DNA of 64,000 nt from Eledone cirrhosa (Eukaryota), in contig OZ024764.1 in NCBI GenBank assembly GCA_964016885.1, positions 10,416,001-10,480,000 on the forward strand. Reading direction: 5' to 3'. This document shows, in pieces, positions 27,208 to 41,270 of the stretch; positions within the stretch are counted from its first letter, which is position 1; every line of letters begins with the position of its first letter. Under the pieces are notes generated by a model. That model saw only the letters and a program-made list of their open reading frames with translations, did not search any database and was not told where the DNA came from. The translations under genes and the position numbers were made by a program.

Positions 27208-27605
27208 TGGAGGCACATGGCTTAGTGGTTAGAGCATTGGCCTTGCAATCGAAAGGTTGTGAGTTCAATTCTCAGACCGGGTGATGTGTTGTTTCCTTGA
27301 GCAAGACACTTTATTTCACATTGCCCCAGTTTACTCAGTTTACCAAACTGTGTGAAGCAGGGAGTTTGTTCCATGGAGGTTTTAAAGGATGCAGTGTCTC
27401 GAAATGAGATGATAGGGACTGGGGTCCCTATCATTCCACTGCAAAGTGGTCGTGGAGGTGTAACGGCAAAAAAGCACTCAGCACTCACTGTAAATGAGGT
27501 TGGTGTTAGGAAGGGCATCCAGCTGTAGAAATCAAGCCAGAATCAGTTCCCGTCCCACCCTTGCAAGCAGGGAAAAGCGGACGTAAAATGAAATGATGAT
27601 GAAAT
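27208..27605 (+). mobile_element. tRNA-derived composite SINE with RTE-type tail
   Basis: A box tggcttagtgg and B box gagttcaattc, central domain, and a tail nearly identical to the RTE end at 10760-10805. Relatives at 1145-1375, 15232-15500 (-), 28485-28692 (-), 45435-45772 (-), 8310-8422, 12178-12265. Confidence 0.8.
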
Positions 27606-27829
27606 GATGACTACTGTACGTCTGTATACATATATGTATGTACGTATACATACTTATATTTAAGTAACAGCCGTACTAAGAGTGGGAAATGAAATTTCGT
27701 TTCATTTTTTCCGTTTATCGTTTACGGTGCACCCAGCCGATTAACCCACTCGATATGCAAATTGGGCTGCTCAGCCGTTAATATGCATAAGGTAAATATA
27801 TACGTTCAACAATCTAGCAGGAAGGTATA

Positions 27830-27870
27830 CGTTGCTGATGATAGCTAATAAGCTTGAAACTAGTACAGCG
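27830..27870 (+). ncRNA. Minimal type-I hammerhead ribozyme motif
   Basis: CGUUG-CUGAUGA-U-AGCU/AGCU-U-GAAAC-UA-GUA^-CAGCG; palindromic ACUAGU. Confidence 0.75.
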
Positions 27871-28198
27871 TTCCTTTGTCAGTGTTGAACAAACGAGCAA
27901 CGATGGTTGCTAGACTCTGTACGGCTTAATACGGGATGTTCGTTTACAAACACACCGAGCATTATAATAAATGGTCGGTGAATCCATACGTATATATATG
28001 TGTGTATGTATGTATATATATATACATACTACTGTGCGTCTGTATACATATATGTATGTACGTGTACATACTTATATTTAAGTAACAGCCGTACTAAGAG
28101 TGGGAAATGAAATTTCGTTTCATTTTTTCCGTTTACATATATATATATGTATATATATATATATACATATATATATATGTATATATATATATATTTAC

Positions 28199-28239
<41 letters not shown>

Positions 28240-28242
28240 CAC

Positions 28243-28288
<46 letters not shown>

Positions 28289-28692
28289 AAGGAAGTGTGG
28301 TAAGGAACCAGATGGACCATAACGCACCAGAGTACTCAATACTTAGGGTAGTGGAGTGGGAAATAGGAAAAAGTATGACCCCGACGGAAGAGCTCAAGCT
28401 GTTTCGACAGCTATTTCTGTCCAGAAATAGCCGTCGAAACAGCTTGAGCTCTGCCGTCGGGGTCATACTTTTTCCTATATATACCATCATCATCATCATT
28501 TCATTTTACGTCCGCTTTTCCCTGCTTGCAAGGGTGGGACGGGAACTGATTCTGGCTTGATTCCTACAGCTGGATGCCCTTCCTAACACCAACCTCATTT
28601 ACAGTGAGTGCTGGGTGCTTTTTTTCCATGGCACCTCCACGACCACTTTGCAGTGGAATGATAGGGACCCCAGTCCTTATCATCTCATTTCT

Positions 28693-31600
28693 AATACAAT
28701 ACACAGTTATTGACACATTACAATACAATACACAGTTATTGACACATTACAATACAATACACAGTTATTGACACATTACAATACAATACACAGTTATTGA
28801 CACATTACAATACAATACACAGTTATTGACACATTACAATACAATACACAGTTATTGACACATTACAATACAATACACAGTTACTGACACATTACAATAC
28901 ACTACACAGTTATTGACACATTACAATACAATACACAGTTATTGACACATTACAATACAATACACAGTTACTGACACAATACAATACAATACACAGTTAC
29001 TGACACATTACAATACAATACACAGTTATTGACACATTACAATACAATACACAGTTACTGACACATTACAATACACTACACAGTTATTGACACATTACAA
29101 TACAATACACAGTTACTGACACATTACAATACAATACACAGTTACTGACACAATACAATACACTACACAGTTATTGACACATTACAATACAATACACAGT
29201 TATTGACACATTACAATACAATACACAGTTATTGACACATTACAATACAATACACAGTTATTGACACATTACAATACAATACACAGTTATTGACACATTA
29301 CAATACAATACACAGTTACTGACACATTACAATACAATACACAGTTACTGACACATTACAATACAATACACAGTTATTGACACATTACAATACACTACAC
29401 AGTTACTGACACATTACAATACAATACACAGTTATTGACACATTACAATACAATACACAGTTACTGACACATTACAATACAATACACAGTTACTGACACA
29501 TTACAATACAATACACAGTTATTGACACATTACAATACAATACACAGTTATTGACACATTACAATACAATACACAGTTATTGACACATTACAATACAATA
29601 CACAGTTATTGACACATTACAATACAATACACAGTTACTGACACATTACAATACAATACACAGTTATTGACACATTACAATACAATACACAGTTATTGAC
29701 ACATTACAATACACTACACAGTTACTGACACATTACAATACACTACACAGTTATTGACACATTACAATACACTACACAGTTATTGACACATTACAATACA
29801 ATACACAGTTATTGACACATTACAATACAATACACAGTTATTGACACATTACAATACAATACACAGTTATTGACACATTACAATACAATACACAGTTATT
29901 GACACATTACAATACACTACACAGTTACTGACACATTACAATACAATACACAGTTATTGACACATTACAATACAATACACAGTTATTGACACATTACAAT
30001 ACAATACACAGTTATTGACACATTACAATACAATACACAGTTATTGACACATTACAATACAATACACAGTTACTGACACATTACAATACAATACACAGTT
30101 ATTGGCACATTACAATACAATACACAGTTACTGACACATTACAATACAATACACAGTTACTGACACATTACAATACAATACACAGTTATTGACACATTAC
30201 AATACAATACACAGTTACTGACACATTACAATACAATACACAGTTACTGACACATTACAATACAATACACAGTTACTGACACATTACAATACAATACACA
30301 GTTATTGCCACATTACAATACAATACACAGTTACTGACACATTACAATACAATACACAGTTACTGACACATTACAATACAATACACAGTTATTGACACAT
30401 TACAATACAATACACAGTTACTGACACATTACAATACAATACACAGTTACTGACACATTACAATACAATACACAGTTATTGACACATTACAATACAATAC
30501 ACAGTTATTGACACATTACAATACAATACACAGTTACTGACACATTACAATACACTACACAGTTACTGACACATTACAATACAATACACAGTTACTGACA
30601 CATTACAATACAATACACAGTTATTGACACATTACAATACAATACACAGTTATTGACACATTACAATACAATACACAGTTATTGACACATTACAATACAA
30701 TACACAGTTATTGACACATTACAATACAATACACAGTTATTGACACATTACAATACAATACACAGTTACTGACACATTACAATACAATACACAGTTACTG
30801 ACACATTACAATACACTACACAGTTATTGACACATTACAATACACTACACAGTTATTGACACATTACAATACAATACACAGTTATTGACACATTACAATA
30901 CAATACACAGTTATTGACACATTACAATACAATACACAGTTATTGACACATTACAATACAATACACAGTTACTGACACATTACAATACAATACACAGTTA
31001 CTGACACATTACAATACAATACACAGTTACTGACACATTACAATACAATACACAGTTACTGACACATTACAATACAATACACAGTTATTGACACATTACA
31101 ATACAATACACAGTTATTGACACATTACAATACAATACACAGTTATTGACACATTACAATACAATACACAGTTACTGACACATTACAATACAATACACAG
31201 TTACTGACACATTACAATACACTACACAGTTACTGACACATTACAATACAATACACAGTTACTGACACATTACAATACAATACACAGTTACTGACACATT
31301 ACAATACAATACACAGTTATTGACACATTACAATACACTACACAGTTACTGACACAATACAATACAATACACAGTTATTGACACATTACAATACAATACA
31401 CAGTTACTGACACATTACAATACAATACACAGTTACTGACACATTACAATACAATACACAGTTACTGACACATTACAATACAATACACAGTTATTGACAC
31501 ATTACAATACAATACACAGTTATTGACACATTACAATACAATACACAGTTATTGACACATTACAATACAATACACAGTTATTGACACATTACAATACAAT

Positions 31601-32065
31601 ACACAGTTACTGACACATTACAATACACTACACAGTTACTGACACATTACAATACACTACACAGTTACTGACACATTACAATACAATACACAGTTACTGA
31701 CACATTACAATACACTACACAGTTATTGACACATTACAATACACTACACAGTTATTGACACATTACAATACACTACACAGTTACTGACACATTACAATAC
31801 AATACACAGTTACTGACACATTACAATACAATACACAGTTATTGACACATTACAATACACTACACAGTTATTGACACATTACAATACACTACACAGTTAC
31901 TGACACATTACAATACAATACACAGTTACTGACACATTACAATACACTACACAGTTATTGACACATTACAATACAATACACAGTTACTGACACATTACAA
32001 TACAATACACAGTTATTGACACATTACAATACAATACACAGTTACTGACACAATACAATACACAG
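28693..32065. repeat. 29-bp minisatellite, ~116 copies
   Basis: Unit acaatacaatacacagttattgacacatt. Confidence 0.95.
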
Positions 32066-32089
32066 TATATATATATACAAAATTCACAC

Positions 32090-32281
32090 TTGGTAGTAGC
32101 GTTCAACGGGAGCTCCTTTCTCAATGGCTGCCAAGCCAAGATTGAGCATCCCAACGAAGCGCGCGCATGCTTGTATGGGAGTGAAGGAAGCATCAATCAC
32201 AACAGTGTTGCCACAGCCATACAAACAGTTTCTCTGTGTCCCCATCGCTTTGGAGACCTTACTTTTGGGATTACCCTCGTA
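32090..32281. mobile_element. Tc1/mariner-like terminal fragment
   Basis: Ends in ggagaccttacttttgggattaccctcg|TA, the reverse complement of a TA-CGAGGG mariner-type TIR. No partner end seen. Confidence 0.5.
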
Positions 32282-32289
32282 ATGAATGA

Positions 32290-32950
32290 GAATGAGACTA
32301 AAACAAAATATCTGGTAGAGAATGGTGAGAAGCCAGAGGGGATCACTAATGTAGGCGGGAAGCCGCTAGAATTGGTTGAGGACTTCCTGTATTTGAGCAA
32401 AGATTGGGAATATGGAAGATGATGTGGTTGAGAGGAAGTGCAAGGCCTGGGCGGCGTGCCACAGCTTGAGATCGGTGTGGAAGTCGGACCTTCGTAAAGA
32501 CCTGAAAATCCGCCTCTTCATTGCTGTAGTGGAGTCTGTGCTGCTGTACGGGTCTGAGACTTGGACACTGACCAAGAAACTCACTCAGATGGTGGATGGG
32601 TGCTACACGAGAATGCTGAGGATGGCTCTGAACATTAATCAGTATACACTGAGGATGAAGAACTCAGAGCTGTATGGGAGCCTCCCAAAAGTCATCTCAA
32701 AAGTGACACAGAGGAGACTGAGGTTAGCTGGACATGCTCACCGACATCCAGAGTTGACATTGCACTCAGTGCTCCTGTGGGAGCCCGTACATGGACACAC
32801 TGGAAGAGGAAAGGCCAAGGTTAACGTACGTTGATGCCCTAAGGACAGACACTGGTCTGTTGGAGACGCAGGAGATGGCAGCGATAATGAGGGACAGAGA
32901 CCGCTGGAGAGAACTCGTCCATGGATCTCGGGAATTTTACCCACCCTAGA
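32290..32950 (+). mobile_element. RTE-clade LINE 3' part (frameshifted)
   Basis: KIRLFIAVVESVLLYGSETWTL...RRLRLAGH. Confidence 0.88.
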
Positions 32951-33006
32951 TACATATATCTATATGTATAGGGGAGTGAGAGGGAGAGAGCAGAGTTTAA
33001 ACTCAC

Positions 33007-33089
33007 CAAACCAGCCACAGCAATACTGTAGTGAGACGAAGTTCAGGTTTTAATGTATCCAATATACTTCCACGCGTAACTTGTTCTGT
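33007..33089 (-). CDS. SVOP: SVOP exon
   Basis: tacag|ACA...TG|gtgagt, 83 nt. TEQVTRGSILDTLKPELRLTTVLLWLV(W). Confidence 0.9.
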
Positions 33090-33136
33090 CTGTAATATAG
33101 AATATACATACATTGCATTAATTTATATACATAAAA

Positions 33137-33325
33137 GGGCGGTGGATTGGCAGTATCGGTAGAGGGTCGGACGCCAAGCTTTCCAGCATAGTTACATCCC
33201 TTTACGATCTGAGTTCAAATCCCGCCGAGGTTGACTTTGCCTTTCATACTTACGGGGTCGATAAAATAAAGTACCAGTAATGCACTGGGTAATTGCTGGC
33301 CCTGTGCCTAAAGTAGAAACAATTA
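33137..33325 (+). mobile_element. tRNA-derived SINE, second family
   Basis: B box gagttcaaatcc and ggggtcgataaaataaagtacc tail. Minus-strand copies at 35300-35495, 44190-44382, 44400-44582, 57093-57284, 59070-59255. Confidence 0.8.
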
Positions 33326-33429
33326 ATTTATATACATAAATAAAGTACCAGTAATGCACTGGGTAATTGCTGGCCTTGTGCCTAAAGTAGAAACAATTAA
33401 TTTATATACATAGGAAAGAAATAATATAT

Positions 33430-35360
33430 AGAAATAATTGCTTCTACTTTTGGCACAAGGCCAGCAATTACTCCAGTGTATTACTGGTACTTTGTTTAAT
33501 ATATAGAAAATAATTGTTTCTACTTTTAGCACAAGGCCAGCAATCACCTAGTGTATTACTGGTACTTTGTTTAATATATAGAAATAATATATAGAAAATA
33601 ATTGTTTCTACTTTTGGCACAAGGCCAGCAATTACCCCAGTGTATTACTGGTACTTTGTTTAATATATAGAAAATAATTGTTTCTACTTTTGGCACAAGG
33701 GCAGCAATTACCCCAGTGTATTACTGGTACTTTGTTTAATATATAGAAAATAATTGTTTCTACTTTTAGCACAAGGCCAGCAATCACCTAGTGTATTACT
33801 GGTACTTTGTTTAATATATAGAAAATAATTGTTTCTACTTTTGGCACAAGGCCAGCAATTACTCCAGTGTATTACTGGTACTTTGTTTAATATATAGAAA
33901 ATAATTGTTTCTACTTTTGGCACAAGGCCAGCAATTACCCCAGTGTATTACTGGTACTTTGTTTAATATATAGAAAATAATTGCTTCTACTTTTGGCACA
34001 AGGCCAGCAATTACTCCAGTGTATTACTGGTACTTTGTTTAATATATAGAAAATAATTGTTTCTACTTTTAGCACAAGGCCAGCAATCACCTAGTGTATT
34101 ACTGGTACTTTGTTTAATATATAGAAAATAATTGTTTCTACTTTTGGCACAAGGCCAGCAATTACTCCAGTGTATTACTGGTACTTTGTTTAATATATAG
34201 AAAATAATTGTTTCTACTTTTGGCACAAGGCCAGCAATTACCCCAGTGTATTACTGGTACTTTGTTTAATATATAGAAAATAATTGCTTCTACTTTTGGC
34301 ACAAGGCCAGCAATTACTCCAGTGTATTACTGGTACTTTGTTTAATATATAGAAAATAATTGTTTCTACTTTTAGCACAAGGCCAGCAATCACCTAGTGT
34401 ATTACTGGTACTTTGTTTAATATATAGAAATAATTGTTTCTACTTTTGGCACAAGGCCAGCAATTACCCTAGTGTATTACTGGTACTTTGTTTAATATAT
34501 AGAAATAATATATAGAAAATAATTGTTTCTACTTTTGGCACAAGGCCAGCAATTACTCCAGTGTATTACTGGTACTTTGTTTAATATATAGAAAATAATT
34601 GTTTCTACTTTTGGCACAAGAGCAGCAATTACCCCAGTGTATTACTGGTACTTTGTTTAATATATAGAAAATAATTGTTTCTACTTTTGGCACAAGGCCA
34701 GCAATTACCCCAGTGTATTACTGGTACTTTGTTTAATATATAGAAAATAATTGCTTCTACTTTTGGCACAAGGCCAGCAATTACTCCAGTGTATTACTGG
34801 TACTTTGTTTAATATATAGAAAATAATTGTTTCTACTTTTAGCACAAGGCCAGCAATCACCTAGTGTATTACTGGTACTTTGTTTAATATATAGAAATAA
34901 TTGTTTCTACTTTTGGCACAAGGCCAGCAATTACTCCAGTGTATTACTGGTACTTTGTTTAATATATAGAAAATAATTGTTTCTACTTTTAGCACAAGGC
35001 CAGCAATCACCTAGTGTATTACTGGTACTTTGTTTAATATATAGAAATAATATATAGAAAACAATTGCTTCTACTTTTGGCACAAGGCCAGCAATTACTC
35101 CAGTGTATTACTGGTACTTTGTTTAATATATAGAAAATAATTGTTTCTACTTTTGGCAGAAGGGCAGCAATTACCTAGTGTATTACTGGTACTTTGTTTA
35201 ATATATAGAAAATAATTGTTTCTACTTTTGGCAGAAGGGCAGCAATTACCTAGTGTATTACTGGTACTTTGTTTAATATATAGAAATAATATATAGAAAA
35301 TAATTGTTTCTACTTTTGGCACAAGGCCAGCAATCACCTCAGTGTATTACTGGTACTTTA
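33430..35360. repeat. ~76-bp tandem array from a SINE 3' end
   Basis: Unit aattgtttctacttttggcacaaggccagcaattac..cagtgtattactggtactttgtttaatatatagaaaat runs into an intact SINE. A similar array lies at 58645-59130. Confidence 0.9.
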
Positions 35361-35697
35361 TTTTATCGACCCCTGTAAGGATGAAAGGCAAAGTTAACCT
35401 CGGCGGGATTTGAACTCAGAATGGCAAGGGCCGTAACTCTATGCTGCAAAAGCATGGCGTCCGATGCTCTCCTGATACTGCCAATCTGCCGCCCTACGTG
35501 CGTATGTGTGTGCATGCGTGTGTGTGTGTGTGTGTGTGTGCATGCGTGTGTATGCGTGTGTATGCGTGTGTATGTGTGTGTATGTGTGCGTATGTGTGTA
35601 TATGTGTGTGTATTCATAAAAATGAAAGACGAAGTTAACCGCAGAAGGATTTGAACTCAGAACGTAAAGGGACGTAACTATATGTTGCAAAGCATGT

Positions 35698-36285
35698 TGT
35701 TGGTGATGATGATGGTCATGGTGATGATGGTGATGGTGATGATGGTGATGGTGGTGATGGTGACGTTGATGGTGATGATGATGGTGATGATGGTGATGAT
35801 GATGGTGATGGTCATGATGATGATGGTGGTGATGATGGTGATGATGGTGACTGTGGTGATGGTGATGGTGATGATGATGATAGTGATGATGGTGATGGTG
35901 ATGGTGGTGATGGTGGTGATGATGATGATGGTGATGATTATGGTGATGGTGATGATGGTGGTGATGGTGATGATGGTGATGGTGGTGATGGTGATGATGG
36001 TGGTGGTGACGATGGTGATGATGGTGATGGTGATGATGGTGATGATGATGGTGATGGTGATGATGGTGATGGTGATGGTGGTGATGGTGGTGATGATGAT
36101 GATGGTGATGATTATGGTGATGGTGATGATGGTGATGATGGTGATGATGGTGATGGTGGTGATGGTGATGGTGATGATGGTGATGATGGTGATGGTGGTG
36201 ATGGTGACGATGGTGGTGATGGTGATGACGACAACAATGATCATGATAATGATGATAATGATGATGATGATGATGATGATGATGA
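35698..36285. repeat. (GAT/GGT)n microsatellite
   Basis: Direct reading; similar tracts at 56875-57090 and 57290-57716. Confidence 0.95.
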
Positions 36286-36330
36286 AAGTCAGGGGAGGTA
36301 AGAAGATGTAAGGTCCTAGCCGTTACTTAC

Positions 36331-36462
36331 CTGGATCTCGCACTCCTTCAGGCGACCCAGCAGCATGGGTTTGCCATTCTCTCGTGCAATCCGTTCTATC
36401 GTCAGTTCAGCCGCTTCTGTGTTGCCACGGCAGATCTCAAACCTGGCGCTCTCTGGTAACCA
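36331..36462 (-). CDS. SVOP: SVOP exon (PESAR motif, central loop)
   Basis: cag|TGG...CAG|gtaagt, 132 nt. [44 protein letters not shown]. Confidence 0.95.
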
Positions 36463-36502
36463 CTGGCAACAGTGGAGGTGGAGAGAGAAAGAGAGAGAGA
36501 AC

Positions 36503-36539
<37 letters not shown>

Positions 36540-36557
36540 GGTTGTGTGTATGTGTGT

Positions 36558-38840
36558 GTCATCATCATCATCATCGTTTAACGTCCATCTTCCACGCTTG
36601 CATGGGTTTGGACGGGAGTTTTCCCACTTGAGGCAAGATTGGTTGTCTTGCTCGCATAGGACTGTCTGGCGGGTTTTCTACGGCTGGGTGCCCTTCCTAA
36701 CACCAACCACGTTTACAGTGTGGACTGGGAGGTTTTTACCGTGTTACCTACATGGCCACATTACAGCATGGACTGTCTGGTGGGTTTTCTACAGCTGGAT
36801 GCCCTTCCTAACACCAACCACGTTTACAGTGTGGACTGGGAGGTTTTTACCGTGTTACCTACATGGCCACATTACAGCCATTACAGCATGGACTGTCTGG
36901 TGGGTTTTCTACAGCTGGATGCCCTTCCTAACACCAACCACGTTTACAGTGTGGACTGGGAGGTTTTTACCGTGTTACTTACACGGCCACATTACAGCAT
37001 GGACTGTCTGGTGGGTTTTCTACGGCTGGATGCCCTTCCTAACACCAACCACGTTTACAGTGTGGACTGGGAGGTTTTTACCGTGTTACCTACACGGCCA
37101 CATTACAGCATGGACTGTCTGGCGGGTTTTCTACGGCTGGATGCCCTTCCTAACACCAACCACATTTACAGTGTGGGGCTGGGAGGTTTTTACCGTGTTA
37201 CCTACACGGCCACATTACAGCATGGACTGTCTGGCGGGTTTTCTACGGTTGGATGCCCTTCCTAACACCAACCACGTTTACAGTGTGGACTGGGAGGTTT
37301 TTACCGTGTTACCTACACGGCCACATTACAGCATGGACTGTCTGGCGGGTTTTCTACGGCTGGATGCCCTTCCTAACACCAACCACGTTTACAGTGTGGA
37401 CTGGGAGGTTTTTACCGTGTTACCTACACGGCCACATTACAGCATGGACTGTCTGGCGGGTTTTCTACAGCTGGATGCCCTTCCTAACACCAACCACGTT
37501 TACAGTGTGGGGCTGGGAGGTTTTTACCGTGTTACCTACACGGCCACATTACAGCATGGACTGTCTGGCGGGTTTTCTACAGCTGGATGCCCTTCCTAAC
37601 ACCAACCACGTTTACAGTGTGGACTGGGAGGTTTTTACCGTGTTGCCTACACGGCCACATTACAGCATGGACTGTCTGGCGGGTTTTCTACAGCTGGATG
37701 CCCTTCCTAACACCAACCACGTTTACAGTGTGGACTGGGAGGTTTTTACCGTGTTACCTACATGGCCACATTACAGCATGGACTGTCTGGCGGGTTTTCT
37801 ACGGTTGGATGCCCTTCCTAACACCAACCACGTTTACAGTGTGGACTGGGAGGTTTTTACCGTGTTACCTACACGGCCACATTACAGCATGGACTGTCTG
37901 GCGGGTTTTCTACGGTTGGATGCCCTTCCTAACACCAACCACGTTTACAGTGTGGACTGGGAGGTTTTTACCATGTTACCTACACGGCCACATTACAGCA
38001 TGGACTGTCTGGCGGATTTTCTACGGCTGGATGCCCTTCCTAACACCAACCACGTTTACAGTGTGGACTGGGAGGTTTTTACCGTGTTACCTACACGGCC
38101 ACATTACAACATGGACTGTCTGGCGGGTTTTCTACGGTTGGATGCCCTTCCTAACACCAACCACGTTTACAGTGTGGACTGGGAGGTTTTTACCGTGTTA
38201 CCTACACGGCCACATTACAGCATGGACTGTCTGGCGGGTTTTCTACGGTTGGATGCCCTTCCTAACACCAACCACGTTTACAGTGTGGACTGGGAGGTTT
38301 TTACCGTGTTACCTACACGGCCACATTACAGCATGGACTGTCTGGCGGGTTTTCTACGGTTGGATGCCCTTCCTAACACCAACCTCGTTTACAGTGTGGA
38401 CTGGGAGGTTTTTACCGTGTTACCTACACGGCCACATTACAGCATGGACTGTCTGGCGGGTTTTCTACGGTTGGATGCCCTTCCTAACACCAACCACGTT
38501 TACAGTGTGGACTGGGAGGTTTTTACCGTGTTATCAACACGGCCACATTATAACGTGGACCATGTGTTTTTTTTTGTTGTGACACCTACACGACCTCATT
38601 TGTTTCGACCTGGATGTTGTGGTACCAACATAACTTTACATCGAAAGGGGTGGTGTGGATGGGGTGCGGGTAGTGGGACGGGGGTGTATTTTTGTTAGAG
38701 GTGCCTACTGACTGTAGTAGGTTTCACTTTGTACTTAGGTAAGGCGCGTCTTCTGTATTACTGTGTAGCACCAAAGATCTCGGTCCAGTGACATTGTCTT
38801 GGTGAGGTGTAAGTGTGTGAGGTCGGAATTTATCAAGTCG
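36558..38840 (-). mobile_element. RTE 3' end with 111-bp tandem array (~17 copies)
   Basis: Reverse-complement relative of 15955-17520. Confidence 0.85.
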
Positions 38841-39025
38841 TGTGTATATGTATATATATATATATATATAAAATTTGTCAATCAACTTTCGTTAAATCGG
38901 ACCGAGGGAACAATGTTTCCGTTGGTCTTTCCAATTGCTAATACTATCTATCAGGCGCAACTCCAGGTAGAAGGAGCTACGTGAAATAAAATGTCTTGCT
39001 CAAGGACATAACGCATCGCCCGGTC

Positions 39026-39056
<31 letters not shown>

Positions 39057-39422
39057 ATGTGTGTGTGTATGTGTGTATATATATATATATATATATCAGT
39101 TCCTGTATGAGCAAGGCATGGTCAGCCGACCGGACACTGCCCACAACAGGACAACCTGTCTAACCCATGCTAGTGTGGAAGAATGGACGTAAAACGGTGA
39201 TAATGATGATGATGATATATATATGTGTGTGTGTATGCATATATATATAGGAACGAGTAGGACCCCGACGGCTGAGCTCAAGCCGTTTTGACGGCTTGAG
39301 CTCAGCCGTGGGGGTCCTACTCATTCCTATTACCCACTCTACTACCCTAAGTATTGAGTACTTTGGTGCGTTATGGTCCACCTGGTTCCTTACCACATTT
39401 CCTTCGTTATATATATAGAGAG

Positions 39423-39454
<32 letters not shown>

Positions 39455-39607
39455 ATGTATATATATATATATATATAGTGAAAAGATAACAAGGACGATT
39501 GGTTACTCTTTCATTACATTTATCGGTTGGTGACGAGCGTTTCATCACTGATCAGCTCAAAGTTCGATCTTTATCAATCTTATCTGACACTGTAATCCGC
39601 GGGTCGT

Positions 39608-39654
<47 letters not shown>

Positions 39655-39656
<2 letters not shown>

Positions 39657-40003
39657 TCATCATCATCACATTACATCTGCTTTTCCCTGCCTGCAAGGGT
39701 GGGACAGGTCCTATTCAGCACAGCATCTCTCCATTTGTCACAGTACTTCGTCATCTCCTCCGTGAGCTTCAGTGATCTGAGGTCTGCTCTCACAACCTTC
39801 ACCCATGTTTTTCGTGGTCTACCTCTACTGCGTCTTCTTTCTACTGGGATTTCTTGACACTTCTTTACCCAGTGGTCATCCTCCATGTACATCACATGTC
39901 CATACCATCTCAGTCTTCTCTCCCACACACTACAACGTATCCCTTTTATACACAGTTTTTCTCTCAACTCATCCATGCTTGGTCGTTCACGCACACTGAC
40001 ATT
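39655..40003 (-). mobile_element. RTE-clade LINE 3' end; array-free relative of 9770-10806
   Basis: LREKLCIKGIRCSVWERRLRWYGHVM...GRPRKTW. Confidence 0.85.
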
Positions 40004-40004
40004 C

Positions 40005-40055
<51 letters not shown>

Positions 40056-40056
40056 C

Positions 40057-40087
<31 letters not shown>

Positions 40088-40224
40088 GGAAAAGATTCAG
40101 GACCCCGACAGCTGAGCTCCAGCCGTTGGGGTCCTGACTCTTTTCCTATTATCCACTCTACTACCCTAAGTATCGAGTACTCTGGTGCATTATGGTCCAC
40201 CTGGTTCCTTACCACACTTCCTTT

Positions 40225-40271
<47 letters not shown>

Positions 40272-40497
40272 AGGAAGCCTGATGATTTCTACCGAATGAA
40301 ACAGTTCTAGTCCTGTAGAAGCCTTTCTATATATATATATACATATATATATATAGATAGAGTGAGAGAGGGAGAGGAAAATCAGTAACAACAACAACAA
40401 GAACAACAATAAAATAACTGCCCCCATCCACCCACCCCCACACAAAAAAAAGTAAGAAAGGAAAAAGCAAAAGAAATAAGAAACTCTCCAAACTTAC

Positions 40498-40623
40498 GAG
40501 ACAGAATACAGAAAATATTAAAAGAGGGACAGCTGAGAAAACCAGCAACCACCTCCAACCAAGGACTGGCATAATGAAGAGGGCAAGGAGGACCTCAAAA
40601 CAGGCTCCTATTGCCCAGAATAC
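40498..40623 (-). CDS. SVOP: SVOP exon (TM5-TM6)
   Basis: ttcag|GTA...CTC|gtaagt, 126 nt. [42 protein letters not shown]. Confidence 0.96.
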
Positions 40624-40649
40624 CTGAAATAGATAAGGAGATAAGTTAA

Positions 40650-41203
40650 TAAACCCTTTGTTACCTGTTGGTGTTTGGAACATAACGTAAAGAAGGTTTG
40701 CTTACATAAAATTATGTTACCATATTTCTAATGAAAGACACTGTTGGTGTTTGGAACATAACTTAACAGAGGTTCTTACATTAAAACTATGTTACTATAT
40801 TTCTAATGAAAGACACTGTTGGTGTTTGGAACATAACTTAACAAAGGTTCTTACATAAAATTATGATGGAAGGTTTTTAGATAAATATAAACACTTTAAT
40901 CCTTTCATTACCATATTTCTAATGACAGACACTGTTGGTGTTTGGAACATAACTTAACAGAGGTTCTTACATAAAACTATGTTACTATATTTCTAATGAA
41001 AGACACTGTTGGTGTTTGGAACATAACTTAACAAAGGTTCTTACATAAAATTATGACGGAAGGTTTTTAGATAAATATAAACACTTTAACCCTTTCATTA
41101 CCACATTTCTAATGACAGACACTGTTGGTGTTTGGAACATAACTTAACAAGGGTTCTTACATAAAATTATGATGGAAGGTTTTTAGATAAATATAAACAC
41201 TTT
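40650..41203. repeat. Tandemly rearranged ends of a second TTAA-CCCTTT MITE family (also 63761-64000)
   Basis: Repeated ttaaccctttcattaccatatttctaatg...ctgttggtgtttggaacataac units. Confidence 0.55.
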
Positions 41204-41270
41204 TATAGAAGCAGGGGTGGTGTCAGGAGTTTAGGTGTAAAAAGGGGGTGAAGGTGTGAGTGTGACTTAC

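Noticed and set aside
27208-27290. tRNA gene
   Set aside because: A and B boxes continue into a SINE body and tail; it is a SINE head, like 8310 and 12178.
28693-32065. CRISPR-like regular repeat
   Set aside because: Units are head-to-tail with no unique spacers, the context is eukaryotic, and there are no cas genes.
36472-38698. Long ORFs of 331-481 aa
   Set aside because: Open only because the 111-bp repeat unit is a multiple of 3; antisense to an RTE 3' UTR.
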